Of a DNA stretch of 64,000 nucleotides, positions 36,355 through 45,872 are shown piece after piece. The stretch is from Eubacteriales bacterium (lineage in GTDB: Bacteria; Bacillota; Clostridia; Oscillospirales; CAG-272), in assembly GCA_045540115.1 (NCBI GenBank), contig JAZQGR010000075.1, positions 74,805 through 138,804 of the forward strand, in the 5' to 3' direction. Made by a program: the position numbers and the translations under genes. The number at the start of each line of letters is the position of its first letter. The stretch's first letter is position 1. The notes under the pieces are model-generated. The model was given only the letters and a program-made list of their open reading frames with translations, made no database searches and was not told the DNA's origin.

Positions 36355-38716
36355 TAACGGAAAAAAGAGGATATTCAAGCTCGATTCGCGCTTTTGGGCG
36401 CGGGTCTTAGTCGTGCTTCTTTCGTTGTCTATGCTTATGGGAACGTTCTATTACGTTCTTATATTCTTCTCGACTAACTCCATGGCGGCTGAGGGTGACG
36501 ATGAATCCTGGAATATCAATTTGCGTATCGGAATATGTTACGATAATAAGGTCGCGGTATCTGTAAAAATGATGGCGGATCACGGTTTTGACGTCGCATA
36601 TACGGCAATGGGGCGCTCAGCGGTAAACGTTGGATATTTATCGCAGAATGAACTTTTCGTTGCGCGGCACGTCAATCTTAAATATTCGTCATCCAAGTAC
36701 CAGCAGGCGTCGAGTGTTGCCGATACGGTCGTCGGAGCGTATCATATTGATGTGATATCGGACGAGAATTATCTTGACGATATTGCGCTTATAAAGAGTG
36801 TTTTTCCGGAATATAACGCATTTCCGGCATATTTTTATCAGGGTGAGTATCACGTATTTATAGGTCAGTTTGCGACTGCAGCATTGGCAAATGAGGCTCT
36901 CAATGAGATAAAGAGCCTTCTGACTCCCCCGCCTCCTCCCGTAACTGAGCCCGATACAACTCCAGAACCCGACACTACCCCCGAGCAGACCGAGGGCGAG
37001 GATTCTACCGTAGCGCCCGACGGAACCGATACGACGGAGCTTGATGGAACGACCGAGGACACTACCTCGTCGGATATTACGGATTCAACCGACACAACGT
37101 CTGAAGATACGACGGTAAATGATACTACGGTCGGTGATACGACCGCAGGAGATTCAACTACCGCCGACGTGACGACAACTCCTGAAGAAACGACTACAAT
37201 TGAAGAAACGACGACCACTGAAATTACGACAACTCCCGAAGAAACGACAACTCCCGAGGTGACCGAGCCGCCGTTCGTTTCTCCTCTGCCTGAGGATATT
37301 ACTGAGGCGATTCTCGCGTCAGGCGTTCGCGCTCCCGTCAATAACGATATGATAGTCGTTGATCCTGCAACGCACAATATCGTATGGCTTCACACATCGT
37401 CGATCACGCACGTGTTACTTGCTCTCGGTGCACATCGAGAGGACCCGAGCGTCAACGAAACGATGCGCGTGAGGCACCGTCTTGATAGCGGAGAGACAAC
37501 ACGTACCTACGATGGTTACATGGAGTTCTCTCATGACTGCGCGTCGGGGTATTACGGTGTTGTAATGCTTAACATTGTTAAGCTTGAAAACTATATCGTC
37601 GGTGTTTGTGCTGCAGAAATACCTACTTGGTGGCCTCTTGAAACGCTGAAGGCGTTCTCCGTCGCCGTTCGAAGCTATTCTATCAAGCATCTGAACGGAC
37701 ACGGCTCCTTTGGCGGCGACCTATGCAATGAGGCTTGCTGTCAGGTATTCAACGGCTATGGGCCGACAGAGGAACGCGTATGGCGCGCGGCTGAAGAGAC
37801 GCGAGGCGTTATTGCGACCTCAAACGGTGTTCTTTGCGGAACCTATTATTCGTCGAGCACGGGCGGTTGCACCGCTAACTGTACTGACGTATGGGGAAGC
37901 AGCCTTGCTACATATCCGTATCTGCGTGCCGTTGCAACTCCTTGGGAGAAGTATACAACTTATGCAAGAGGACAAAAGACATCAACGGTTACGGGTACTG
38001 CACTCTTTAATCTGCTTGAAAGCAAGGGATATACTGCGCTTACGGGTGCAGTTACCAAAATTGATATAACAAAAACCGGTAATAATACATCGTACGTTAC
38101 TGAGATAAAGTTCTACGATGCAAGCGGAAACTGTCAGGTCGTGACGCGTGCCGATAGGATCAAAAAGCTTCTTTCAAGCTACGTTGATTCTGCAAATTTC
38201 GTCGTGGCAAAATCGGGGGACAACGTTGACCGTGTTAAGTACACGATGCTCGGCTTCGGTGCAACCAATCCGAATCCTCCCGACGGGCTTGACGTTCTCG
38301 GAAATCCTTTTCTCAATACAGTTCTCGGTCGACAGCAGTTTACGGTTATAACTGCTGATGGAATCAAGACCTTCTACGACAGCCAGAGCGAGAACGTTAT
38401 GACGGGAACGGGACTCAAGGAGTTTGATATGTCCTTCGCTCTTGATTCTCAGATCTATCCGACGATTATCGGTATAAACGGAGAGCTTCTGCCCGATATA
38501 ACAAAGCTTTCTCCCATAATCGAAAGCGAAACACTTACGACTACATACGCCGCAAATAGCTTTACGTTTATAAGCCGAGGCTGGGGACACGGTGTCGGAA
38601 TGAGTCAGTACGGAATATACGAGCTCGGCAATCTCGGATATGAATATCAGAATATACTGAAGGCATATTATTCCGGAATTAATTACACGACTTACAAGGC
38701 ATATCTTGGTAAATAA
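36344..38716 (+). CDS. SpoIID/LytB-domain protein with N-terminal TM anchor, SPOR-like segment and a T/E/D/P-rich linker
   Basis: SpoIID motifs YIVGVCAAEIP, AVRSY, CQVFNG, YYSSSTGGCT and PYLRAV. The SPOR-like segment is YHVFIGQFATAALANEALNEIKSL. A TTG start at 36344 follows AGGAG. Confidence 0.8.
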   Translation: MRIDNGKKRIFKLDSRFWARVLVVLLSLSMLMGTFYYVLIFFSTNSMAAEGDDESWNINLRIGICYDNKVAVSVKMMADHGFDVAYTAMGRSAVNVGYLSQNELFVARHVNLKYSSSKYQQASSVADTVVGAYHIDVISDENYLDDIALIKSVFPEYNAFPAYFYQGEYHVFIGQFATAALANEALNEIKSLLTPPPPPVTEPDTTPEPDTTPEQTEGEDSTVAPDGTDTTELDGTTEDTTSSDITDSTDTTSEDTTVNDTTVGDTTAGDSTTADVTTTPEETTTIEETTTTEITTTPEETTTPEVTEPPFVSPLPEDITEAILASGVRAPVNNDMIVVDPATHNIVWLHTSSITHVLLALGAHREDPSVNETMRVRHRLDSGETTRTYDGYMEFSHDCASGYYGVVMLNIVKLENYIVGVCAAEIPTWWPLETLKAFSVAVRSYSIKHLNGHGSFGGDLCNEACCQVFNGYGPTEERVWRAAEETRGVIATSNGVLCGTYYSSSTGGCTANCTDVWGSSLATYPYLRAVATPWEKYTTYARGQKTSTVTGTALFNLLESKGYTALTGAVTKIDITKTGNNTSYVTEIKFYDASGNCQVVTRADRIKKLLSSYVDSANFVVAKSGDNVDRVKYTMLGFGATNPNPPDGLDVLGNPFLNTVLGRQQFTVITADGIKTFYDSQSENVMTGTGLKEFDMSFALDSQIYPTIIGINGELLPDITKLSPIIESETLTTTYAANSFTFISRGWGHGVGMSQYGIYELGNLGYEYQNILKAYYSGINYTTYKAYLGK
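36922..37275 (+). repeat. Low-complexity imperfect tandem repeats encoding a PPPP / (T,E,D)-rich linker
   Basis: PDTTPEPDTTPE...TTTPEETTTIEETTTTEITTTPEETTTPEVTEPP, with recurring ACGACAACTCCxGAAGAAACGAC units. Confidence 0.85.
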
Positions 38717-38736
38717 ATACATTAGAGGTAAATAAT

Positions 38737-39693
38737 TTGAAGATCACAGTTATTGGTTGCGGTAGATGGGGATCATTTATCGCTTGGTATCTTAATAACC
38801 AAAAGCACGACGTTACGGTATACGGTCTGAGTGATGCCGAAAGCTTTATCCAGCTTCGTGATACAAGAACGAACGGACTGATTACATATCCCGAGGAGAT
38901 CAAGCTGACGACCGATATTTCGGTTGTGAATGAGTCGGAAACTATAATAATTTCTATCGGCTCTCAGGGACTCCGTTCACTTGTTTCACAGCTTAACGGT
39001 CTCGGTGTCAAGGGAAAGAATTTTGTTCTCTGTATGAAGGGAATCGAGATTGGAACGGGTAAGCGTCTTTCCGAGATCGTAGAGGAGGGACTTGATCCCT
39101 CGAATACCGTTTCGGTATGGATCGGTCCCGGTCACGTTCAGGAATTTGCACGCGGAATACCGAACTGCATGGTTATCGACAGCAAAAACGACGAGATCAA
39201 AAAGAAGCTCGTAAACGAGTTTTCGAGCCCGGTTATACGATTTTATTACGGAACCGACCTTATCGGAAACGAGATCGGCGCGGCATCGAAAAACGTCATA
39301 GGAATTGCGGCTGGAATGCTCGATGGACTTGGTCTGTCGTCTCTTAAGGGCGCACTTATGTCGCGAGGCACAAGAGAAATTTCGCGTCTTATCGAAGCGT
39401 TCGGCGGTAATCCCATTTCCGCTTACGGTCTTTGCCACCTCGGCGACTACGAGGCGACGGTTTTCTCTAAGTATTCGCATAACCGCGGCTATGGCGAGAT
39501 GTTCGTCAAGGGCGAGAAATTCGATAAGCTTGCAGAGGGATATTATACCGTAAAGGCGCTTATGGATATGAGCAAGCAGAGCGGTGTTGAGCTCCCGATC
39601 TGCGAAGCAGTTTACAAGGTGCTTTACGAAAATTGTGATCCCAAGTCAACACTTTATTCACTCTTTGAAAGAAGCTTGAAGCAGGAATTTTAA
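38737..39693 (+). CDS. gpsA: NAD(P)H-dependent glycerol-3-phosphate dehydrogenase
   Basis: TTG start after GAGGT. MKITVIGCGRWGSFIA Rossmann motif, GPGHVQEF, and KNVIGIAAGMLDGLG. Confidence 0.85.
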   Translation: MKITVIGCGRWGSFIAWYLNNQKHDVTVYGLSDAESFIQLRDTRTNGLITYPEEIKLTTDISVVNESETIIISIGSQGLRSLVSQLNGLGVKGKNFVLCMKGIEIGTGKRLSEIVEEGLDPSNTVSVWIGPGHVQEFARGIPNCMVIDSKNDEIKKKLVNEFSSPVIRFYYGTDLIGNEIGAASKNVIGIAAGMLDGLGLSSLKGALMSRGTREISRLIEAFGGNPISAYGLCHLGDYEATVFSKYSHNRGYGEMFVKGEKFDKLAEGYYTVKALMDMSKQSGVELPICEAVYKVLYENCDPKSTLYSLFERSLKQEF

Positions 39694-39694
39694 T

Positions 39695-40525
39695 ATGCGA
39701 GTAAATTTTTACGACATTCTGTCCTCACATTCCCGCGCGTATCCCAAAATGCTGGCGGAGGACTATTATGCGCTTGCTTACGAAAGCGAGTACGGTCGTG
39801 TTTACAGCGGAGATGATGATATTGAGGCTGTTGTTAACGATCTGAAATCAACCAAAACCGATGCTCTTGAGCCCTTTACAGTTGCAATCGGAGGCGGATA
39901 TTCCCGCCTTAATCTTGCACCGATAAAGGCATATCTGAGTGCGGAAAACATTATTTCTCTTATGAAATCCGATGTCAGAGAGGGAAGCGATGAGGGATTT
40001 CAGCGAAAGCTGCTTCTTATACGTCGTTCGGGGGCTATGGGAATACTTCCGACTGCCGCTTCCGAGATCGGAAAATGCGACGGTGAGCCGCAGCACAGCG
40101 CGCTTTATAAGCGCCTTTACGGTGCGTCGTACAGGATCGTTCCGTCGGAGACGGCACCGATAGTTCCTGCGCTGTGTCTTATTTCCGAGGCTCTCGGAAA
40201 AGCAGGGAAGGCATCGGTTGCGATCGACGGACGCGCCTGCTCGGGTAAGACTTTTGCGGCAAAGATAATTTCATCTGTGTTCGCATCCGAAACCTCTGAC
40301 GGCAGGCTTGTTATTAACGATTCCTTCGGTTCTTCTTCGGAAGCCTCTCCCGATGCCATCAAGCTTTTCTTCGATACAGACGAGGATGAAAGACAACTAA
40401 GAATGGTTGAACGCAGCGGCGAAAGTGCATGGCAGAATTATCTTTCAAGTATACGTCCGAATGAGGACGCCTATATTGAAAAATACGAGCCCGCTATAAA
40501 CTGCGATCTCGTAATAAGAACATAA
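39695..40525 (+). CDS. Hypothetical protein with an internal Walker A P-loop (uridine-kinase-like, apparently truncated or atypical)
   Basis: VAIDGRACSGKTFAAKI starts about residue 175 of 276. It begins 1 nt after the gpsA stop. Confidence 0.5.
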   Translation: MRVNFYDILSSHSRAYPKMLAEDYYALAYESEYGRVYSGDDDIEAVVNDLKSTKTDALEPFTVAIGGGYSRLNLAPIKAYLSAENIISLMKSDVREGSDEGFQRKLLLIRRSGAMGILPTAASEIGKCDGEPQHSALYKRLYGASYRIVPSETAPIVPALCLISEALGKAGKASVAIDGRACSGKTFAAKIISSVFASETSDGRLVINDSFGSSSEASPDAIKLFFDTDEDERQLRMVERSGESAWQNYLSSIRPNEDAYIEKYEPAINCDLVIRT

Positions 40526-40526
40526 T

Positions 40527-40555
40527 AAAAGTGCTGTCCGTCGGACAGCACTTTT
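40527..40555. terminator. Bidirectional terminator
   Basis: AAAAGTGCTGTCC-GTC-GGACAGCACTTTT. Confidence 0.85.
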
Positions 40556-40558
40556 AAA

Positions 40559-40978
40559 TTATTTGAATTGTTTTTTGTAGGACGAGCCTTTCGCGTTCGT
40601 CTTTCTTTTTGTCGTTTTGCGGACGATCATTGCGATGAAAGCGCCGACAAGATAAAGAAGCGAAAACGCGAAGAGTATACCAAAAACGTTTTGCATTTGT
40701 CCTATGAATACGAACGAAACAAGAACGTTGAACAGGAATATTGCATAGTGAATAAAATGCGCGGCGACAAAAGACATCTTATCGTCATTGAATATTTCCT
40801 TTGACCAGCATAGGATAAGAGAAAATACGAAAAACTGAATGAGAGCGATGAGAGTCACCGCAAACGATCTGTTAAAATCCATAAGCTCATATAAGAGCGA
40901 TACCGAAAAGATCAATACGGTAAAAACGAGGCAAGTCGGATATAACGTATTTTTAATAAATTTTTTGAAGCCTTCCAA
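40559..40978 (-). CDS. Small 4-TM membrane protein, function unknown
   Basis: 139 aa. A TTG start lies 7 nt after GGAGG. It has four hydrophobic helices and a basic C-terminal tail. Confidence 0.55.
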   Translation of the reverse strand: MEGFKKFIKNTLYPTCLVFTVLIFSVSLLYELMDFNRSFAVTLIALIQFFVFSLILCWSKEIFNDDKMSFVAAHFIHYAIFLFNVLVSFVFIGQMQNVFGILFAFSLLYLVGAFIAMIVRKTTKRKTNAKGSSYKKQFK

Positions 40979-41058
40979 AACGGTTCCTCCGAATATTTGA
41001 TGAATATATTATACATCATACAGACAGGAAATACAAGAAGAATTTATTAAAAAAGGTA

Positions 41059-42045
41059 TCAATCCGGAATATCGTATATAATTATCTCCTTTTCCGCGAC
41101 TCTTTCCTTGCCGTCGCTCGAAACTACGACGCTCATTCTGTTTTGCGAAAGGAACTTTGTGATCTCATAGCAGTCTATCCAGATCTGATTATATCCGTCC
41201 TTTTGGCTTTGGTCGAAAATGAGTTGGATGCCGAAATGAAGATGCGGGGTTTTTATGTTGTTTACGTTTTCCTTTGCGCTGTAGCCCGTCATTCCGAGAT
41301 AGCCGATCACTTCACCTGCCGTTACGATGTCGCCTACCTGAAGATCTTTTACGTACGGATGATCCTTGCGCAGATGCGCGTAGTAATAGTACCGCTTGTT
41401 ATCAAAGGAGCGGATTCCGATCCGCCATCCGCCGTATTGATTCCAACCGAGAGCTTCAACGTATCCGCTTTCGCTCGCAATGATAGGTGTTCCGACCGAA
41501 CCCATCATATCGTGTCCGAGATGCTTTCTGTTGTAGCCGTAGCTTCTTGATGCACCGAAATCGTCTGAATGGTTATAGTAATATCCGCTTGCGATCGGTG
41601 AAAATACGCGCAGTCCGTAATACTGCTTTCCATCGATATAAAACTCGCCGACATATTCGCTTAAAACTGCTCCATATGCTTCGAGATAGTATGGATAGTA
41701 GTTATATTTTGCGCCTATAGCATCAAGCTTTTCGCCGCTTTTTATCTTTTCATATAGATCAGTCAGGTCTTTCTTTTTGTAGTGCCTGAAATCTCCTCCG
41801 TATTTTGCGCCGAGATAGGAAAGAAGCTCGACAAATTCGGCTTTGTAACCCTTTTCATAAGCGTCAAGCGATATTTGAAGAGCGTCGTTCATGGCATTGG
41901 ATGTGACTTTGAAATCTACCCATTTTATGTAATCGCCACTCGTCATACGATATATTTTTTCTTGATTGAGCAGTCGCGCCGCTACAATCATAAGAATTGA
42001 AACGGCAATAAGAAATGCGCCAAAACGAAGCCTTCTTTTTATCAT
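41059..42045 (-). CDS. M23-family metallopeptidase (peptidoglycan endopeptidase) with N-terminal anchor
   Basis: HLGHDM, GDIVTAGEVIGYLGMTG and PHLHFGIQ. Confidence 0.85.
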   Translation of the reverse strand: MIKRRLRFGAFLIAVSILMIVAARLLNQEKIYRMTSGDYIKWVDFKVTSNAMNDALQISLDAYEKGYKAEFVELLSYLGAKYGGDFRHYKKKDLTDLYEKIKSGEKLDAIGAKYNYYPYYLEAYGAVLSEYVGEFYIDGKQYYGLRVFSPIASGYYYNHSDDFGASRSYGYNRKHLGHDMMGSVGTPIIASESGYVEALGWNQYGGWRIGIRSFDNKRYYYYAHLRKDHPYVKDLQVGDIVTAGEVIGYLGMTGYSAKENVNNIKTPHLHFGIQLIFDQSQKDGYNQIWIDCYEITKFLSQNRMSVVVSSDGKERVAEKEIIIYDIPD

Positions 42046-42183
42046 ACATTTTTCCGCCTTGAAAAAGAATATTCACAGTTATGTATATGGCTTGCATTAT
42101 AGATATATTCCGAAGGTGAAATGCGCTAATGATGTATTATTATATATAAGATGTTATTTTTTTAGTTAAATAACCTAATTCCG

Positions 42184-42212
42184 TTGACAAAGTAAGGAAA
42201 AAAAGGTATAAT
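42184..42212 (+). promoter_or_regulatory. Consensus SigA-type promoter for the nusB...recN gene string
   Basis: TTGACA, exactly 17 nt of spacer, then TATAAT. Confidence 0.7.
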
Positions 42213-42282
42213 GTATAATTGCAGTAATAGTTGTGTATATACTGCATATTCATAGTACTAATTGACTTGTAAAGGAACGGTT

Positions 42283-42687
42283 ATGGAAAGACGCAAAGCA
42301 CGAGAGGCGGCAATGGAGCTTCTTTTTGAGAAGGAATTTAATATGGACGTAACGGCAGAGGAGACCTACCGTCTTGCCGAGGAAGCAAGGGAGCTTGAAA
42401 ACGACAAGTATCTTACCGAAACGTATTTCGGTGTTCTTGATAATATTGCCGAGATTGACGGTGTGATTTCTCAACACGCTATCGGATGGAAGACCAAGCG
42501 TATGAGCAAGGTGTCTCTTTCCGTTATGAGAATAGCTGTTTATGAAATGAAGTATACAGACGTGCCGTTCAGCGTTTCGATAAACGAGGCTGTTGAGCTT
42601 TCAAAGAAGTTCGACGACGAAAAATCACCTGCATTTGTAAACGGCGTTCTTAACGCAGTTGCTGAGCAGCTTGGACTTAAAAAATGA
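42283..42687 (+). CDS. nusB: Transcription antitermination factor NusB
   Basis: RRKAREAAMELLFEKEF and the C-terminal AFVNGVLNAV. The start is at ATG 42283, after AAAGGA. Confidence 0.9.
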   Translation: MERRKAREAAMELLFEKEFNMDVTAEETYRLAEEARELENDKYLTETYFGVLDNIAEIDGVISQHAIGWKTKRMSKVSLSVMRIAVYEMKYTDVPFSVSINEAVELSKKFDDEKSPAFVNGVLNAVAEQLGLKK

Positions 42688-43598
42688 AGCTTTGTCTCGG
42701 CATAGATACAAGTAACTATACGACCTCGGTAGCGACGTCGCAAAACGGCAAGGTAGAGAACAACTTGAGGATACTGCTTTCTGTCGGCGAGGGCGAACGT
42801 GGTCTGCGTCAGAGCGACGCGGTATTTCAGCATGTCGTGAATTTACCGAAGGTATTTGATTCGCTCGGTGAAGTCTCACTGAGGGCTGTAGGTGTCTCAG
42901 CCACTCCGCGTGATAACGAGGGATCGTATATGCCGTGCTTCCTTTCGGGAATTGCGGCGGCGACTGCGGTCGCAAGTACACATGGTGTTCCGCTATACCG
43001 CTTCAGCCATCAGGCGGGACATATTGCGGCGGCGCTTTACAGTTGCGGACGAGAGGATCTTCATCATTCGTCATTTCTCGCTTTCCACGTTTCGGGAGGA
43101 ACGACGGAGCTTACGCTTGTTGAGAACGGAAAAATTACGCTTCTCGGAGGCACGAAGGACATTTCCTGCGGTAAAGCAATAGATAGGATCGGAGTTCTGA
43201 TTGGACTGAAATTCCCATGCGGAAATGAGCTTGACGCTATGTCGGTCGATCCTTCGGCGGTCAAGCCCGGTAAGCTCTCGGTCAGCGGATTTGATTTCAA
43301 CCTTTCGGGGCTTGAAAACAAGGCTGAAAAGTTGCTTCACGACGGAGCAGAGAAGAGCTACGTAGCAGATTTTGTTCTTTCACACATAACGGCTGTGCTC
43401 GCTAAGCTAACCGAAAACGCGCTTGAAAAGTACGGCGAGATGCCGATAATTTATGCAGGCGGCGTTATGAGCAACAGATATATACACAAAACCTTGACAG
43501 AGCGCTTCGGTGGACTTTTTGCAGAGAGTCAGTACTCCTGTGACAACGCCGCGGGAATTGCTCGTCTTACCGAATTAAAAATTAACGGAGAACTGTAA
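42684..43598 (+). CDS. Kae1/TsaD-family (peptidase M22, ASKHA fold) paralog, short form
   Basis: LGIDTSNYTTS, SHQAGHIAAA (HxxGH metal-site-like) and YAGGVMSN. It is 304 aa. ATGA overlap with nusB. Confidence 0.6.
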   Translation: MKLCLGIDTSNYTTSVATSQNGKVENNLRILLSVGEGERGLRQSDAVFQHVVNLPKVFDSLGEVSLRAVGVSATPRDNEGSYMPCFLSGIAAATAVASTHGVPLYRFSHQAGHIAAALYSCGREDLHHSSFLAFHVSGGTTELTLVENGKITLLGGTKDISCGKAIDRIGVLIGLKFPCGNELDAMSVDPSAVKPGKLSVSGFDFNLSGLENKAEKLLHDGAEKSYVADFVLSHITAVLAKLTENALEKYGEMPIIYAGGVMSNRYIHKTLTERFGGLFAESQYSCDNAAGIARLTELKINGEL

Positions 43599-43599
43599 A

Positions 43600-44811
43600 A
43601 TGCCCGATGAATCGCGGATAATGACCGTTGGTAGCTTAAATGAATACGTCAAGATGCTGATCGACGGCAATCCCGTTCTTTCAAATATCTACGTTAGGGG
43701 AGAAATTTCAAACCTGAATTATCATTCCTCAGGCCACTATTATTTTTCCCTCAAGGACGAGAGCGCAAGAGTATCGGCGGTGATGTTTAAGAGCGCTGTT
43801 GTGAAGCTCAAATTCCGTCCGGAAAACGGAATGAAGGTCGTTCTTCACGGCCGCGTTTCGGTATATCCGCGCGACGGTGTCTATCAGCTGTACGCAACAT
43901 CGCTTGAGCCCGATGGAATCGGCGCGTTGACGCTTGCCTACGAGCAGCTGAAGAGGAAGCTGGAAGCAGAGGGCTTGTTCAGGACAGACCTTAAAAAGCC
44001 GCTTCCCAAAATACCTTCTGCGGTCGGAATAATCACGTCACCTACAGGCGCGGCAGTACGTGATATCATAAACGTATGCGGCAGACGCTTCCCGTTTGCG
44101 AAGCTCGTGCTTTTCCCGTCGCTCGTTCAGGGCGAGGGAGCGGAAGCCGACCTTATTCGCGGAATAAAGTATTTTAACGAGAGCAAAAGCGTCGACGTTA
44201 TTATAATCGGTCGTGGCGGTGGCTCGATCGAAGACCTTTGGGCGTTTAACAGTGAAGCGCTTGCAAGGGAAGTATTCAAATGTGATATTCCCGTCATTTC
44301 AGCAGTCGGTCACGAGACCGATTTTACGATTTGCGATTTCGTATCGGATAAACGCGCGCCGACACCGTCTGCGGCGGCAGAGCTTGCCGTTCCGGAAAGC
44401 GGAGAGCTTAAAAGAAAGTTTGGAAACGTTGTTTCCCGTATGCAGACGCTGACAGAAGCGAAGATCAAAAGCAATCGGCAAATTCTCAAAATGCTGTCTG
44501 AACGTCGCGCGCTGACACAGCCGTCGGCTTATATAGATGACAAGCGCATGACGATTATGTCGCTGACCAAGGATCTTGAAAATGCAGTCGGTTATAAGCT
44601 GACGACCGAAAAGCAGAAGTTCGCCCGGCTTTCGTCGGTGCTTGAGGCGGTGAGTCCTCTCAAGGTGATTTCCAAAGGTTATTCTGCGGTATTCAGGGAC
44701 GGCGGAAAGCTTGTTAAGAGTGTAGATGACTTGAGTGAGGGTGATGACGTTTCATTCAGGCTGACCGACGGAAGTATTAACGCTAAGGTGGTTTCAAAAG
44801 AGAAAGTGTGA
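43600..44811 (+). CDS. xseA: Exodeoxyribonuclease VII large subunit
   Basis: OB-fold N-terminus (VRGEISNLNYHSSGHYYFSLKD), GIITSPTGAAVRD and RGGGSIEDLWAFN. Confidence 0.92.
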   Translation: MPDESRIMTVGSLNEYVKMLIDGNPVLSNIYVRGEISNLNYHSSGHYYFSLKDESARVSAVMFKSAVVKLKFRPENGMKVVLHGRVSVYPRDGVYQLYATSLEPDGIGALTLAYEQLKRKLEAEGLFRTDLKKPLPKIPSAVGIITSPTGAAVRDIINVCGRRFPFAKLVLFPSLVQGEGAEADLIRGIKYFNESKSVDVIIIGRGGGSIEDLWAFNSEALAREVFKCDIPVISAVGHETDFTICDFVSDKRAPTPSAAAELAVPESGELKRKFGNVVSRMQTLTEAKIKSNRQILKMLSERRALTQPSAYIDDKRMTIMSLTKDLENAVGYKLTTEKQKFARLSSVLEAVSPLKVISKGYSAVFRDGGKLVKSVDDLSEGDDVSFRLTDGSINAKVVSKEKV

Positions 44812-45047
44812 AGGATATGGATAAAAAAGAAATAAAATTTGAAGAGGCGCTTACGCGTCTTGAGGAAATAGTAAGAGAGCTCGAGAGCGGCACGGCGGAG
44901 CTTGATAAATCGCTTGAAATGTTCGAGGAGGGCATCACCCTCGTTAAGCTTTGCTCCTGCAGGCTTGATGAAGCGGAAAAACGGATAAACATTCTCGTAA
45001 ATAACGGAAACGGTGGTTACGATGAAAAACCTTTTACTGAAAATTAA
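44808..45047 (+). CDS. xseB: Exodeoxyribonuclease VII small subunit
   Basis: FEEALTRLEEIVRELESG...LDKSLEMFEEG. The start is GTG 44808 or ATG 44817. Confidence 0.88.
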   Translation: MKDMDKKEIKFEEALTRLEEIVRELESGTAELDKSLEMFEEGITLVKLCSCRLDEAEKRINILVNNGNGGYDEKPFTEN

Positions 45048-45870
45048 AGAAAATGCGGAGCTGATTGCTTCTGCAATCGATGAATATCTTTCTGGTAGTA
45101 TCGATGAAATTTCGGTGCTGACAGATTCGATGAAATACAGCGCATCCTCGGGTGGAAAGAGAATAAGACCTTTTCTCACTCTTGAGGTTGCGAAAATGCT
45201 TGGCGGTAGGACCGAGGCGGCGCTTCCTTACGCATGCGCGATAGAGATGATACATACCTACTCGCTCATTCATGACGATCTGCCTTGTATGGATAATGAC
45301 GATATAAGACGCGGTAAGCCCACCAATCATATAGTTTTCGGCGAGGCAAACGCGCTTTTGGCGGGCGATGCGCTTCTTACAAAGGCGTTTGAGATCGCAG
45401 CGACGAATAAACACGTGTTTAACTATGTTAACGTCGCGGCGGTTCTTCTCCTTGCACAAAATGCAGGTGCTGACGGAATGATCGGCGGTCAGGTTCTTGA
45501 CCTTGCGGGCGAAAAGGAGCGTTTAAACGAAAAGACACACCTTATGATGAATCGTATGAAGACCGGCTGTCTTATTCGTACAGCTGCACTTCTCGGTTGT
45601 CTTTCTGCCGATTTTGATGAAAATACGCCGGAATATGCCGACGTGAAAAAGTATGCCGAAAATATCGGCCTTGCGTTCCAGATCGAGGACGACATTCTCG
45701 ATTATGGCACCGAGGACAATAAAACGACATTCCTTACGTTTATGACTGTTGACGAGGCAAAGGCAAAGATCAAAGAGCTGACAAGCGAGGCGATCGATGT
45801 AATTTCGAAATACGACGGTAGCGAGACGCTTACCAAGTTTGCCCTTTACCTTTCAAATAGAGAAATATAA
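45022..45870 (+). CDS. ispA: Polyprenyl (farnesyl/geranyl) diphosphate synthase
   Basis: First DDxxD motif IHDDLPCMDNDDIRRGKPT and second motif FQIEDDILD. Confidence 0.88.
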   Translation: MKNLLLKIKENAELIASAIDEYLSGSIDEISVLTDSMKYSASSGGKRIRPFLTLEVAKMLGGRTEAALPYACAIEMIHTYSLIHDDLPCMDNDDIRRGKPTNHIVFGEANALLAGDALLTKAFEIAATNKHVFNYVNVAAVLLLAQNAGADGMIGGQVLDLAGEKERLNEKTHLMMNRMKTGCLIRTAALLGCLSADFDENTPEYADVKKYAENIGLAFQIEDDILDYGTEDNKTTFLTFMTVDEAKAKIKELTSEAIDVISKYDGSETLTKFALYLSNREI

Positions 45871-45872
45871 AA

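Noticed and set aside
36922-37275. Tandem-repeat DNA that could be mistaken for a repeat array.
   Set aside because: It is in frame within the SpoIID-like ORF and encodes a Thr/Glu/Asp/Pro linker. The units are imperfect and contiguous with no spacers, so it is not CRISPR-like.
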